A stretch of 64,000 nucleotides of DNA from a virus, in IMG/VR virus record IMGVR_UViG_3300010885_039212, positions 31,734 to 95,733 of that record; one strand, given 5' to 3'. Under the pieces are notes generated by a model. It was not told the DNA's origin. It searched no databases and saw only the letters and a program-made list of their open reading frames with translations. Position 1 is the first letter of the stretch, and every line of letters begins with the position of its first letter. A program made the translations under genes and the position numbers. Below, one piece after another: positions 48,501 through 57,950 of the stretch.

Positions 48501-49733
48501 ATTGTAACTGGTGTTGCTTATAGATTTGCACTTCCAATAAATGGTATTCCAGTTACTGAAATCTATAAAAATACTCTTGGTAATGCAATTACTCATACAA
48601 TTACTGATGTTGATTTAGATTCTTATGTAATTCAGGTTACTACAAATGCATCTATTACAGGTTATACTGGCGGTGATACAGTTCGTGCAGGAAACAACGT
48701 AATATATGATATCGTTCAGCCAAGCGTACAATGTCAGAATTTCTCAGAAACTAGATGCGATTTCACTTTGGCAACTGCTTCAGGTAAATCTGTTGATGGA
48801 TCTGAGTCTCCTTATCTTGTTGGAGATTACTATGGCGTAATTCCAAATGATAATAACTATCTGTATTCTCCAGCTGTAATTGGATCTACCGTTAATGAAG
48901 ATAATTATATTGTTCAGTCAATCCTAAATTCAGGTAAGAAATCTGTTTATTTGCAAGCATCTATGTCAACTACAAATGATGCACTGTCTCCACTAATTGA
49001 CACCCACAGAACTTCATTGATTGCTATCTCAAACAAGATAAATAGTCCAAGAGAAGATAATATTAACGTAGCTGAGATTGACAACAGAACTTTATTCACT
49101 GGTGCAACTGGTGCTTATACTTTCGCTGGATCTACAATTACTACTAGCAACGCTACAGTTTCTGCATTGATTCAAACTGTTTCTGTTGGTAAATATATCA
49201 CAGTATCTAGTGCAACTACTGCTGGTAATAATGGCACTTATCTAGTTACTGGAGTAGCTGGTGATGGTGCAACTACTGGAACTATTACTATTAGTGGAAC
49301 TTTTACAAATAATGAATCCGCTGCATCAGGAACTACAGTTAAACTAAGAAATTTGTTTGTTGATGAGATTGCTCCAAGAGGTAGTTCATCAGTTAACAAG
49401 TATATTTCCAAGGCAATTAAACTGGCGAATCCTTCCAACTTCTTTAGGATTCGTTTATCTACTAACTGTCCAAACGAAGCTGATGTTTTAGTATATTATA
49501 AAATAAATCCAGTTGGTACGACTCGAGATTTAGAGACAGTTAACTGGACTGTGACTGACCCAGATGTAGCAATCAAGAAAGTTCAAAATGGTGTAAATGC
49601 TTTCTATGATGTAGATTATTCTGAAGATGGCTTAGTTCCTTTCGATGCAATTGCAGTTAAAATTGTAATGCAGTCTACCAATAGTTCTGCGGTACCAAGA
49701 ATCAAAGATCTCAGAATTATAGCATGTGTGTAA
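42579..49733 (+). CDS. large VrlC/DUF4815-like virion protein
   Basis: PYNDDFD, ILFRPG..VQARELTQLQ, LARRTYDESG, RYTMRDIG.LEKRI, DPLAQTF, PRIKDLRIIA. Confidence 0.9.
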   Translation: MLDFNTEPYNDDFDENNKFYRILFRPGFAVQARELTQLQTILQNQISRQGNHLFKEGSMVIPGQISLDTKYNYVKLQIFNSAGDITESFVQNLAGATLIGTSGVTAEVLTVVSASGADPTTLYIKYTSSGTNKTTSKFSNGEVLTTSDSAYTVTALTSNAVGTGSSATIERGVYFVKGFFVLCDQQTIILDKYTNSPSYRVGLTVTETKLTPEDTGYEQLLDNAQNSFNYAAPGAHRYFIDLTLAKIPLLTDAFSWAAGLTVAKGDVVKNNDIYYQVTVAGNLGSSAPSHTSGSTSNGTSTLQFIEIYTESTDTDSDSGFIELLSTAAGQVKREVSTSSYAEIEKTLARRTYDESGNYITKPFTIEVREYRNNERKQWTQGTSYLIGDVVTNNSITYVAKNSATSGIVPPTHTSGIVTDGTVNWEYNMMPYYNRGVYTPSNSENITVNQENEAKLAIGLEPGKAYVQGFEIQKIATEYVTIDKARTYDQVNNSYLSTKLGNFIYVTNLNSLPPFDSSTGCPEITIYNRFTSSVGVAPNNSNVAATVAISSTGGQFTCGNSTLVVGDLITITGTKAGSSTFTGYVSGTTYKVSSVTGTSPNVTGFTLTTTSDVALTTVAGTLTGLTYTVASATAIGTARVRGIEYDSGTAGSQTAIYKLYLFDINVTAGYDISRDAKCFYYNRSDSNLNFTADIKPMTLDLVGSATTYNSYPTKGASTSLTGIGSAWKGGTLTSPLLKVGDYIYVGSSSNIRRVVTVTSNGVIVVDSSVTVDGGIISLVTSKVQEPANNSLIFSLPNYAIKSVRDANNSNQIIYYTMKYISASTGSSIGSGKCELTINSGGGVFAETTEIDNYILMYNDSSAGGAVIDPISASGAGTSQVKFLLSDSYANKNFTVMATIKKIGTDGGEKTKTLQTVTQTYTTQASATNSIISLGKADIFRIKSIKMDTGSFASPTGTYGFNIYDRYNFDNGQRDEYYDVGKLFLKHSYSPPSAPISVEFEYFSHGGSGDYFTINSYGNQVRVNDIPSYNGVSLRDVLDFRPRIADAGDVFTSTGSSFSLTPKRGQDITVSYSYYLPRKDKIAISQNGVFFDVAGVPALVPGEPLDPAVGMVLYKLTLEPYTFGTTNSNIIIDQIDNKRYTMRDIGNLEKRIDNLEYYTSLTLLEQETKGLPITDANGLDRFKNGFIVDSFTGHNVGNVLSPDYLCSVDMQNGELRPFYNINNVNLIESISSDNDRTTAGYKLYGDVITLPVVDHIPIVKQIYASRLENINPFAIFTFLGDIKLNPSSDDWFETQRAPDIIRNVEGNFNTIAALATQAGILGTIWNAWQVTWVGQVVPVGGALVQYTTGNNWASQGYMGDSTGKNVGTGAAIYINVNEFNQRFGGGGSGPARQVFVTTEAQTISRSRLGVKSTLAVQMDRQIIDDKVISTTVIPYIRKRNILVQVKKLKPNTTFYPYFDNIDVKSYCTPSSTITYTLPTATSTDFETSKNSGSLAADPARVINTTAGIFNSDYGGNMCLNIGDVITGQSSAATAVVVGREYDSDSGIRKLHVMNIKGTFTVSETILGSISGAQGTVTVREGNRVQGGNLITNGSGDLNFVFFIPDNDNIRFRTGTREFKLLDVSTVNGQQTSSAKVQYEAKGILETKQQTVLSVRNAQIIQEIVNENDTVTKTIDRIARDTGWYDPLAQTFLVQSKGGAFLSKVDIFFATKDTKIPVTLQIREVVNGYPGKRILPFSEVTLKPEQVNISGTTVAMTDGSGSNYPKYDTPTTFTFPSPIYVQDNTEYCIVLASDSNNYKVWISQMGDQIPASSRTISEQPYAGVLFKSQNASTWTANQDQDLKFTVYRAKFDILAQGSVVFTNDVLPVQIIDTKPFETVSGTNKLRVWHRDHGMFVNSKVQFDNEDTTVYAGKTSSGGTITCSTSSTTVTGIGTLFIDDFTAANAALFRASDGKLIGIVDHLTNDTTLVLKANASTTIVTGVAYRFALPINGIPVTEIYKNTLGNAITHTITDVDLDSYVIQVTTNASITGYTGGDTVRAGNNVIYDIVQPSVQCQNFSETRCDFTLATASGKSVDGSESPYLVGDYYGVIPNDNNYLYSPAVIGSTVNEDNYIVQSILNSGKKSVYLQASMSTTNDALSPLIDTHRTSLIAISNKINSPREDNINVAEIDNRTLFTGATGAYTFAGSTITTSNATVSALIQTVSVGKYITVSSATTAGNNGTYLVTGVAGDGATTGTITISGTFTNNESAASGTTVKLRNLFVDEIAPRGSSSVNKYISKAIKLANPSNFFRIRLSTNCPNEADVLVYYKINPVGTTRDLETVNWTVTDPDVAIKKVQNGVNAFYDVDYSEDGLVPFDAIAVKIVMQSTNSSAVPRIKDLRIIACV

Positions 49734-49734
49734 T

Positions 49735-49959
49735 ATGACAAAATTTTTGAAAGTGACTGGAAATGACGGATTGGTCAGAGATTCTGAAACCTTAGCTATC
49801 CTAAATACTAATAGTTCAGAATATGAAAAATATGTCGCCCAAAGAGAATCTCTCAGAAAAACCAAAGATGAAATGGGTCGTCAGGCAGACGAGATAAATA
49901 ATATAAAACAAGATTTGAATGAAATCAAGCAAATGCTACAGGCATTAATAAAAGGATAA
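49735..49959 (+). CDS. small coiled-coil protein conserved downstream of VrlC
   Basis: LVRDSETLAILN...EINNIKQDLNEIKQML. Confidence 0.8.
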   Translation: MTKFLKVTGNDGLVRDSETLAILNTNSSEYEKYVAQRESLRKTKDEMGRQADEINNIKQDLNEIKQMLQALIKG

Positions 49960-49965
49960 GGAAAC

Positions 49966-51327
49966 ATGTCAACTATAACCTTAAGAGCCACTAAAGGATC
50001 GCCACTTACCAATACAGAAGTGGATAATAACTTTAGTAATTTAAATACTGATAAGTTAGAATCTAGTTACGCTGGAGCAATGAATAGCCTTACTGGTGGT
50101 TCATCTATCGTTACAGTTAGTTCTACAACTGGTATTACAACTGGCGCATGGAAAGCCACTGCAATTGGTGCTGCATATGGCGGTACTGGTGTTGCAAATA
50201 ATGCTGCGAGTACTTTAACAATTTCTGGCGCATACGGAACTACGCTGACTGTATCAGGAACTACGTCTCTTACTTTGCCTACTTCTGGCACTATTGCTAC
50301 TTTAGCTGGTACAGAAACTTTTACAAATAAGACATTAACTTTCCCGACAATTGATAATATCAAGTTAGGTTATTCCACAACTGCAACTGCAGCAGGAACA
50401 ACTATTTTATCTTCTACAAGTAACAGTCAACAGTTTTTTACTGGATCTACCACTCAACAGGTAAATTTACCAGATACTTCTACTCTGTCAACTGGTGTAT
50501 CTTATACGATCGTTAATCAAAGTTCTGGCGTAGTTACTGTTAAAACCACATCTGGTACAAATTTAGTTTTTGCAGTTCCTGCATCAACTCAGGCTACATT
50601 TTATTGTATCAGTACTTCTAATAATAATGCTGCATCATGGTATTATAATGCTGGAGCAACTTCTGGTTCAACAAGTATTATTACTTTAGGTACTATTACT
50701 ACTGGTACTTGGAATGGTACTGCGATCAGTGTTGGTTATGGCGGTACTGGAGCATCATCTTTAACTGCTTATGCGGTTCTTTGTGGAGGAACTACTTCAA
50801 CTGGTGCAGTTCAAGCAGTCGCTTCTGTGGGTACAGCTGGTTATGTTTTAACATCTAATGGTGCTGGCGCACTTCCTACTTTTCAATCTGCAGCAGGTGG
50901 TGTTACTGTTACTGATGACACATCAACTAATAGCAACGCAAGATATCCACTCTTTACATCAGCTACTTCTGGCTCTGTAAGTGGCACAAACGTATCAACT
51001 ACAAAGTTATATTTTAACCCAAGTACTGGTACTTTAAACGCAACAAACTTTAACTCTCTGTCTGATGAAACGCTAAAGACAAATATTACACCTATCGTAA
51101 ATGCAACAGATATCGTTCGTGCATTGAATGGTGTTGAATTTGATTGGACAGATACTGGCGATAAATCGTCTGGTGTTATTGCTCAGCAATTAGAACCAAT
51201 TCTACCGCATCTAGTTAATACTAACGAAGAAGGTATTAAGTCTGTTAACTATCAAGGTATTACTGCGTATTTAATTGAAGCGTTCAAAGAGATCGATCAA
51301 AGATTACAAAACTTAGAAGCAAAATAA
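49966..51327 (+). CDS. tail fibre with C-terminal peptidase S74 intramolecular chaperone
   Basis: KGSPLTNTEVDNNF anchor; T/S/G-rich shaft; SDETLKTNI...GVIAQ...VNY...LIEAFKE. Confidence 0.88.
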   Translation: MSTITLRATKGSPLTNTEVDNNFSNLNTDKLESSYAGAMNSLTGGSSIVTVSSTTGITTGAWKATAIGAAYGGTGVANNAASTLTISGAYGTTLTVSGTTSLTLPTSGTIATLAGTETFTNKTLTFPTIDNIKLGYSTTATAAGTTILSSTSNSQQFFTGSTTQQVNLPDTSTLSTGVSYTIVNQSSGVVTVKTTSGTNLVFAVPASTQATFYCISTSNNNAASWYYNAGATSGSTSIITLGTITTGTWNGTAISVGYGGTGASSLTAYAVLCGGTTSTGAVQAVASVGTAGYVLTSNGAGALPTFQSAAGGVTVTDDTSTNSNARYPLFTSATSGSVSGTNVSTTKLYFNPSTGTLNATNFNSLSDETLKTNITPIVNATDIVRALNGVEFDWTDTGDKSSGVIAQQLEPILPHLVNTNEEGIKSVNYQGITAYLIEAFKEIDQRLQNLEAK

Positions 51328-51328
51328 A

Positions 51329-52441
51329 ATGGCTTTCCAAATAAATGGTACAAATGTTATTGCTGATACAACAGCAGCAACAATAGATAACATTAATATT
51401 AATGTTGCGACCAGAGATGTTCAGGCAGGAACAACAGCATATGGTACCAGTGTGTATCAAGGTACTATAAGTGGATATTCTCATGGTGGGGCTGGTCCTA
51501 CAAGTCCAAGTCCAGTAGGATCTATAAAAATTGAGAAATTTTCGTTTCCGTCAAATGCTAATGCTACTTCTGTTGGATCCTTAACCAAAGGAAGATATAC
51601 TTCTTCAGGTGTAGGTTCTACAGTTAGTGGATATACTATGGCTGGATATACTGCAGATATGGATGGCCGAGCTTCAGTAAATACAACTTATGAGAAGTTT
51701 TCTTTTGCATCTGATGGTAATGGTGTTGGTGTTGGTAGATTGACAGTTGGTAGATGGAGACCATTTGGTGGTAGCGCATCTTCAACATATGGTTATACTG
51801 GTGGTGGTATTAATCCAGATCTTGGACCAAATAGTTCTACAGTAAGTAACTATGAGAAATTTCCATTTTCGTCAGATGAAAATATGGCAATTGTAAATAC
51901 TTTGTTGTGGTCGGCAAGTGGATTAAATATGGGTGCCACGTCTTCAGTGAGTGGATACATAATTGGCGATCAGCCTGCTTTTCCTGGTGGTGCAACTGGT
52001 ATTATTCAAAAATTCCCATTTGCAACAGACTCAACAACAACTTTAGTTACATCTTCAATGGTAGTATCAAGAAGAACTTACGCACAAGGTAATGGAGTTT
52101 CTTCAACAAATTTTGGATATGTTTCAGGTACCAGTGCACCATCACAGCCTGCAACATATGGTGTTTCTAATCAAATGAAACTAATAGAAAAATTTGCATT
52201 CGCATCAGATGGTGCTTCTACTGCAGTTGGTCAATTAACATTGGCCAGATATGGTTCCAGTGGACAATCTTCAACAATTAATGGTTACTGTTCTGGAGGT
52301 TATGGTGGAACTCCAGTAGCAGCAGTATCACTTGTTATTGATAATTGGCCATTCTCATCAGATTCAAACGCAACTTCTGTTGGACAGTTAGTTACTGGCA
52401 GAGAAGAACAAGCTGGATCACAAGCAAGATCACCGAGTTAA
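51329..52441 (+). CDS. Kelch-like beta-propeller protein A1
   Basis: About 50-aa repeats GY..GG...IEKFPF.SD...VG.L. Confidence 0.75.
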   Translation: MAFQINGTNVIADTTAATIDNININVATRDVQAGTTAYGTSVYQGTISGYSHGGAGPTSPSPVGSIKIEKFSFPSNANATSVGSLTKGRYTSSGVGSTVSGYTMAGYTADMDGRASVNTTYEKFSFASDGNGVGVGRLTVGRWRPFGGSASSTYGYTGGGINPDLGPNSSTVSNYEKFPFSSDENMAIVNTLLWSASGLNMGATSSVSGYIIGDQPAFPGGATGIIQKFPFATDSTTTLVTSSMVVSRRTYAQGNGVSSTNFGYVSGTSAPSQPATYGVSNQMKLIEKFAFASDGASTAVGQLTLARYGSSGQSSTINGYCSGGYGGTPVAAVSLVIDNWPFSSDSNATSVGQLVTGREEQAGSQARSPS

Positions 52442-52445
52442 AAAA

Positions 52446-53528
52446 ATGACATATCAAATATCAGGTACAACAGTTATTAATGATTCGTCTGTTACTAGTT
52501 TTCCCACATCAATTAGTACAACGGGATCTATAGCGTTTAGTTCAAATGATACGTTCCAAGGAACTGTGGCAGGATATACTTCTGCTGGTTGGAGTCCATC
52601 ACTGTATCCCACCAACCCTAATGGATATTTCGCTTCTATTCAAAGAACTTCATTTACATCAGATGGTAATTCCATTGTAACTGGAGCTTTATCTCGAGCT
52701 ATACGAGATGGCGGTGGATGTTCTTCTGATAGTAATGGTTACCATGCTAATGGATTTAATTCAAATCCTGGAGCTGGACAGATAGAAAAATTCCCATTCG
52801 CAAGTAATGCCAATTCAAATGTCGTTGGACAAATGAATGGTTGGTCTCATGGTGTTTCTTCTTCTTCAAGTATTCCATATGGATATGGATATATAATGGG
52901 TGGCGCTGGTTCAGGACAGCCAAACCCACAGCCATATCCAGTTACACCAGATGGATATTCAAATAAGATATCAAGATTTCCATTCGCAATAGAAACAAAT
53001 TCCACACTTATGGTTGGAACTTTATCTGTATCAAAAGGTTTTGGAAGTACTGGACATTCTTCACCTCTAGCTGGTTGGGCGGTAGGTGGATGGACTCCAG
53101 CTGGCGTAGGTCTTAGTAATATTGAAAAATATACATTTGCAACTGACTCTAGTGCAACTTCAGTTGGACAATTACCAGCTGCAAAGACTGGTTCTAGTGG
53201 TACATCATCTTCTACATATGGGTATGTAGCAGGTGGTTCAATTAACCAAAGTGGACCAGGAACAGTTGCTACCATTTATAAATGGCCATTTACATCTCCT
53301 GGAAATGCAACTTCAGTTGGACAATTAACAGTTGGAAGATATAGTGGAGTAATTGGGACTTCATCAACTGCTTCTGGATATAATATGGGTGGTCAACCAA
53401 GTGCTGCAGATGGTGGAGCTACAGCAGCGGTCATTGATAAATTCCCATTCGCATCAGATTCAAACGCAACTAGTGTTGGTAGTCTCGCTTGGAGACTACA
53501 CAATAATTACTCTAGTCAACAGGATTAA
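52446..53528 (+). CDS. Kelch-like beta-propeller protein A2
   Basis: Same repeat. Confidence 0.75.
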   Translation: MTYQISGTTVINDSSVTSFPTSISTTGSIAFSSNDTFQGTVAGYTSAGWSPSLYPTNPNGYFASIQRTSFTSDGNSIVTGALSRAIRDGGGCSSDSNGYHANGFNSNPGAGQIEKFPFASNANSNVVGQMNGWSHGVSSSSSIPYGYGYIMGGAGSGQPNPQPYPVTPDGYSNKISRFPFAIETNSTLMVGTLSVSKGFGSTGHSSPLAGWAVGGWTPAGVGLSNIEKYTFATDSSATSVGQLPAAKTGSSGTSSSTYGYVAGGSINQSGPGTVATIYKWPFTSPGNATSVGQLTVGRYSGVIGTSSTASGYNMGGQPSAADGGATAAVIDKFPFASDSNATSVGSLAWRLHNNYSSQQD

Positions 53529-53531
53529 AAA

Positions 53532-54623
53532 ATGGCATTCCAAATAAATGGTACAACAATTTTAGATGCTAATGCTGGCGGTTCTAGTACAATATCAAAT
53601 GTTCCATCACTTAATGCCACTGGCGATGCTGCGTATTTTGAAGCAACTCCATCATCTCCGTATTATGGAACTGTGGCAGGATTTGTTTCTGCTGGTTATG
53701 GAGCACCTCCATCACCACCGCCAACTGGATATCAAAGGGTAATTCAAAGATTCCCATTTGCAACTGATACGGATTCAACATATATTGGTGATGGTTTGGT
53801 TCAAGGATATTCAGTAACAGGAAATTCATCAACTACCCATGGATATAGACAAGGTATGGGTTTTCCTACATCAATTAATCAACCAGATGGTACTAATTGG
53901 AGTTCAAACCAAGAAAAATTTACATTTTCTTCTACAACATATGCTTCAAGCGCAGGTAGTCTTGTAAATGCGGTTATGAGTGGTATCGGAGTATCAGCAC
54001 CAGACACTGGATATATTATCGGTGGTATTAATGGTTCTGCTCCAAATGGTGGTAGTATAAGAAATTATATACAAAAATTCTCGTTTAGATCAGATGCAAA
54101 TGCATCTTTAAATAGTGGAATAGTTACTTTAGGAGGTAGAGCAAATAGTGGTGGACATGCTTCTACTATTAAAGGATATGTTTCTGCTGGTAGTTCGTAT
54201 TCAGGTAACCCTGGAGTATCACCTCTTGGAATAACTGCAGCAATTGAAAGTTTTCCATTCTCAACTGATTCAAATACAACTAGTGTTGGTCAAGTTACTG
54301 TTGGTAGAACAAATGCAGTGGGTCAATCTTCACCTATATCTGGATATACTTCGGGTGGTTATTTACCATCACCTGTTACGCACTATACTACAATTGATAA
54401 ATTTCCATTTGCATCCAATACCAATTCAACCTCTGTTGGTTCATTAACTCAGGCTAGAACTGATGGTTGCGGTGCAGGACATTCTTCAGTTAATTATGGA
54501 TATACCTCTGGTGGTTATATGCAAACCAGAATTGATAAATTTAGTTTTTCCACTGATTCCAATGCAACTACAGTTGGTTCTTTGGCTAAACAAACATGGC
54601 TCGCTGCTGGGCATCAAGATTAA
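53532..54623 (+). CDS. Kelch-like beta-propeller protein A3
   Basis: Same repeat. Confidence 0.75.
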   Translation: MAFQINGTTILDANAGGSSTISNVPSLNATGDAAYFEATPSSPYYGTVAGFVSAGYGAPPSPPPTGYQRVIQRFPFATDTDSTYIGDGLVQGYSVTGNSSTTHGYRQGMGFPTSINQPDGTNWSSNQEKFTFSSTTYASSAGSLVNAVMSGIGVSAPDTGYIIGGINGSAPNGGSIRNYIQKFSFRSDANASLNSGIVTLGGRANSGGHASTIKGYVSAGSSYSGNPGVSPLGITAAIESFPFSTDSNTTSVGQVTVGRTNAVGQSSPISGYTSGGYLPSPVTHYTTIDKFPFASNTNSTSVGSLTQARTDGCGAGHSSVNYGYTSGGYMQTRIDKFSFSTDSNATTVGSLAKQTWLAAGHQD

Positions 54624-54650
54624 AGAGTATCTTAATCTAGATTAAAAACT

Positions 54651-54672
54651 TTCTGGAGGTTCGCCTCCAGAA
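54651..54672 (+). terminator. UUCG hairpin without U-tract (terminator or processing site)
   Basis: TTCTGGAGG-TTCG-CCTCCAGAA. Confidence 0.55.
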
Positions 54673-54712
54673 GTCATATATATAATATGATGAAATAAAC
54701 TATGGAGTTATA

Positions 54713-55552
54713 ATGAACCGCTTGCATTTTTGTGGTGGTCTTCCAAGATCTGGAAGTACCATTTTGATGAATATTTTACAACAGAATCCAAAAATCTTCA
54801 CTACTGGGACTTGTGCCCTGCCTGATCTAATTTCAGATCACATTTTAATCAAATCTAGATACCGAGAAATGTTCCAAGCCATGTCTGTACATGATGCGGA
54901 TAAGGCTATGTATGGATTAATTCATGGTGCAACAAAAGGTTGGTTTGAGGGATTAACAAATAAAGAAGTTGTAATTTCTAAAAATAGAAATTGGTCTTCT
55001 ATTTTTCATCTATATAAAGATTCAAAATATATTGTAATGGTGCGTGATATTCGTGATATAGTTGAAAGTTTTGAGAAGGTCAATCATAAAACACTGGCAC
55101 TTCATTCTTTCGGTGATACTGGAACTACTTCTCCTGCAATGCACGAGTTAGAGAAATATCATTTTTATTTTCAACAAGGAAATGCACTACAGGCTTCCAT
55201 TAATTTTGAAATTCCAAGGTTAATGGAAAGATATATGTCTGGTGGACAAAATAATATAAAATTTGTTCGTTATGAAGATTTTACACAAGATCCAGTTTAT
55301 ATTTTAAAAAAGATATATGAATTTTTAGGGTTGGACTATTTTGAACATGATTTAAATAATATTCAACAACAAACACTGTTTGAGCATGATCATGCTTATT
55401 TTAGAGAAAGAACGGATCATGTTATTGATCCAGTTTTTAAATATTATAAACCTCCAGTTAGAACTTTACCAGATCGTTTTCATGAGAAAACTTTAAAAGA
55501 GTATGACTGGTTTTACAAAGGATTTTATCCAGATGTTATTCCAACCAATTGA
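54713..55552 (+). CDS. PAPS-dependent sulfotransferase
   Basis: 5'-PSB GLPRSGST, 3'-PB VRDIRDIVES, VRYEDF, IYEFLG. Confidence 0.9.
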   Translation: MNRLHFCGGLPRSGSTILMNILQQNPKIFTTGTCALPDLISDHILIKSRYREMFQAMSVHDADKAMYGLIHGATKGWFEGLTNKEVVISKNRNWSSIFHLYKDSKYIVMVRDIRDIVESFEKVNHKTLALHSFGDTGTTSPAMHELEKYHFYFQQGNALQASINFEIPRLMERYMSGGQNNIKFVRYEDFTQDPVYILKKIYEFLGLDYFEHDLNNIQQQTLFEHDHAYFRERTDHVIDPVFKYYKPPVRTLPDRFHEKTLKEYDWFYKGFYPDVIPTN

Positions 55553-56105
55553 AATAAATGGACTTAATACATTTATCGTTCAGAGTAAAGTATCTGATGA
55601 AGCTGTAGAACAAGCGATTAATACATTTAATGTATTAATACCTCATGCTGGACTAACTGGCAATGGTGTTAATCCAGAGAAAAAAGATTCTTTAGATGTT
55701 AGTGTAGTTCCAAATACTGTTCTTATTGAACGTGAAATTCGTGAGATAGTTGGAAATTATTGTGAATACTATTCTTTAGATAAATTTGTAGCTCCTTTAG
55801 ATATTACTGAACACATTAATATACAAAAATATCCACTAAAGGGTGCATACCATTCTATACATGCTGATCGAGGATGGTCGCCATTAGATATGTATAGAGA
55901 ATTAGTTTTTATGACATATTTAAATACGATACATAGTGGTGGTGAAACAGAATTTATGTTTTACAAACTAAAAATTAAACCAGAAAAAGGTTTAACATTA
56001 GTATGGCCAGCTGGATGGACGCATGCACATCGTGGGTTACCTGCTCCAACTGCTGAAAAAATAATCCTTACAGGATGGTTTAGTCCATCAAGAAATTATG
56101 ATTAA
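55533..56105 (+). CDS. 2OG-Fe(II) oxygenase
   Basis: HAD, MTYLN, GGETEF, WPAGWTHAHRG, KIILTGW. Confidence 0.92.
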   Translation: MLFQPIEINGLNTFIVQSKVSDEAVEQAINTFNVLIPHAGLTGNGVNPEKKDSLDVSVVPNTVLIEREIREIVGNYCEYYSLDKFVAPLDITEHINIQKYPLKGAYHSIHADRGWSPLDMYRELVFMTYLNTIHSGGETEFMFYKLKIKPEKGLTLVWPAGWTHAHRGLPAPTAEKIILTGWFSPSRNYD

Positions 56106-56664
56106 AGAATTACCACACCATAAATTATTTCCCACTCCTATATGGGGTTATGTTTTATCAAACTCACATTATCAAGCAATTGACTACGTTAATAAAATAA
56201 GAGAGATACAACAAACAGAACCTTCTGTTAAAAAAAGTAATTTTAGTGGATATCAAAGTCGAGATAATTTGCATGAAGAACCGATTTTTCAAGAATTGGT
56301 TAAATATGAAATTCTTCCACTTGCTCAAGATATTATAAATACATATTCAAATGTTAAAGTAAAAATGGATCAAATGTGGGCAAACATTAACGATAAGTAT
56401 AGTTGCAATCAATCTCATATACATAGTGGACTACTATCTGGAGTATTCTACTTACAGACTCCAGAAAATTGTGGACAAATTGTTTTCTGTAATCCTGCAG
56501 TGAGAAGTAATTATCACATTATAAAAGAACCAGATTATGGAGTACCTCCTCAAAGATTGGCATGTTTGTTTTTTCCTAGTTGGTTAGAACATTATGTTGA
56601 ACCAAATTGCAGTGATGAGAGTAGAATTAGTATTAGTTTTAATATAGGAGAAATTTATGAATAA
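56098..56664 (+). CDS. 2OG-Fe(II) oxygenase (TIGR02466-like)
   Basis: LFPTPI, WANIN, HIH, SGVFYL, FPSWLEHYV, RISISFN. Confidence 0.92.
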   Translation: MIKELPHHKLFPTPIWGYVLSNSHYQAIDYVNKIREIQQTEPSVKKSNFSGYQSRDNLHEEPIFQELVKYEILPLAQDIINTYSNVKVKMDQMWANINDKYSCNQSHIHSGLLSGVFYLQTPENCGQIVFCNPAVRSNYHIIKEPDYGVPPQRLACLFFPSWLEHYVEPNCSDESRISISFNIGEIYE

Positions 56665-57931
56665 ATCAGCAGAATTTTTTGATCAAAATGGTTATGTGGT
56701 AGTTACAGATGTTCTACCAAAACAAACATGCGAAGAGTTAACTCAGCACATGTTTAGTCTTTTAAATGATGGTAAGCTGACAAAAGATGATCAGTGTCCA
56801 ATTTCAGATGCAATTTATGGAGATCCAGTGTTTGATGATCTCTTGCAAAAATTTGCAGAACCAGTTGGTAATCAAGTAGGTCGTAAACTGTTACCAACTT
56901 ATACTTACGCAAGAATTTATCGTCCAGGAGAAGTTTTAAAGAAACATAAAGATCGTCCAGCATGTGAGATTAGTTGCACATTAACTCTTGGTTATAATGG
57001 TAAATCTGTTTGGCCAATTTTCTTTGATGAAAATAAAGCAATACCAGTTATGTTAGAGCCAGGAGAAATGGCTGTGTATAAAGGATGTGATATTGCACAT
57101 TGGAGAACAGAATTTAAAGGCGATTGGCATGTGCAAGTATTTTTTCATTATGTAGATGCTAATGGACCATATAAAGATGAGTATAAAGATCGTCGCCCAG
57201 ATTTTGGAATTGACAAAAAAACTTTGACTACAAATGCAGGTCAAGTTCAAACTGATGTTACTGAACAAGAAAAAATGTTACAACAAGTTAAATATAATAA
57301 GCCAGTATTTGGTGGTGTAATTATTTCTAGTCAAGATGATTCATTTCCTGGATATACAAGTATAGATTCTTCTAATTATCGAGGATTGATGTTTACCAAA
57401 GAAGAGTGTACTAAGATTACTAATTTAGTTAAAGATAATTATCCTGCTCCTGCATCTATTGGTGGAAATCAAAATAATAGTAAAGTTGCAGAATCGATAA
57501 GATCAGCTGATATTTACATTTTAGAAAATGATGATGAAAATAGATGGCTTTTTGATAAAGTTTCAACTATTGTAACTCTAGCGAATAAACTACATTTTGA
57601 TTATGATATTAGTGGTATTATCCATGGTATTCAGTTAATCCATTATAAGTCTAATACTGAAGTTGCTGGACATTATGACTGGCATATTGACTCTGGTCCA
57701 GGAATTTCTGCTACCAGAAAAATATCATTTACAGCACAAATTAGTCCTCCAGAAGATTATGAGGGATGTGAACTTATCCTAAATAATAATGGGCAGATAG
57801 TTACGGCAACAAAAGAACAAGGTTCTGTGCATTTATTTCCAAGTTATATGTCACACAGAGTTACACCAGTAACTAAAGGCGAACGATTTGCTTTAGTAAT
57901 TTGGATCCATGGATCGAGGAGATTTAGATAA
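56657..57931 (+). CDS. tandem two-domain 2OG-Fe(II) oxygenase
   Basis: Domain 1: PTYTYARIY..HKDRPACE..HWR..QVFFHY; domain 2: YDWHID..RKIS..FPSY..HRVTPV..GERFALVIW. Confidence 0.92.
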   Translation: MNKSAEFFDQNGYVVVTDVLPKQTCEELTQHMFSLLNDGKLTKDDQCPISDAIYGDPVFDDLLQKFAEPVGNQVGRKLLPTYTYARIYRPGEVLKKHKDRPACEISCTLTLGYNGKSVWPIFFDENKAIPVMLEPGEMAVYKGCDIAHWRTEFKGDWHVQVFFHYVDANGPYKDEYKDRRPDFGIDKKTLTTNAGQVQTDVTEQEKMLQQVKYNKPVFGGVIISSQDDSFPGYTSIDSSNYRGLMFTKEECTKITNLVKDNYPAPASIGGNQNNSKVAESIRSADIYILENDDENRWLFDKVSTIVTLANKLHFDYDISGIIHGIQLIHYKSNTEVAGHYDWHIDSGPGISATRKISFTAQISPPEDYEGCELILNNNGQIVTATKEQGSVHLFPSYMSHRVTPVTKGERFALVIWIHGSRRFR

Positions 57932-57950
57932 AATGAATGAGGAAAAAATT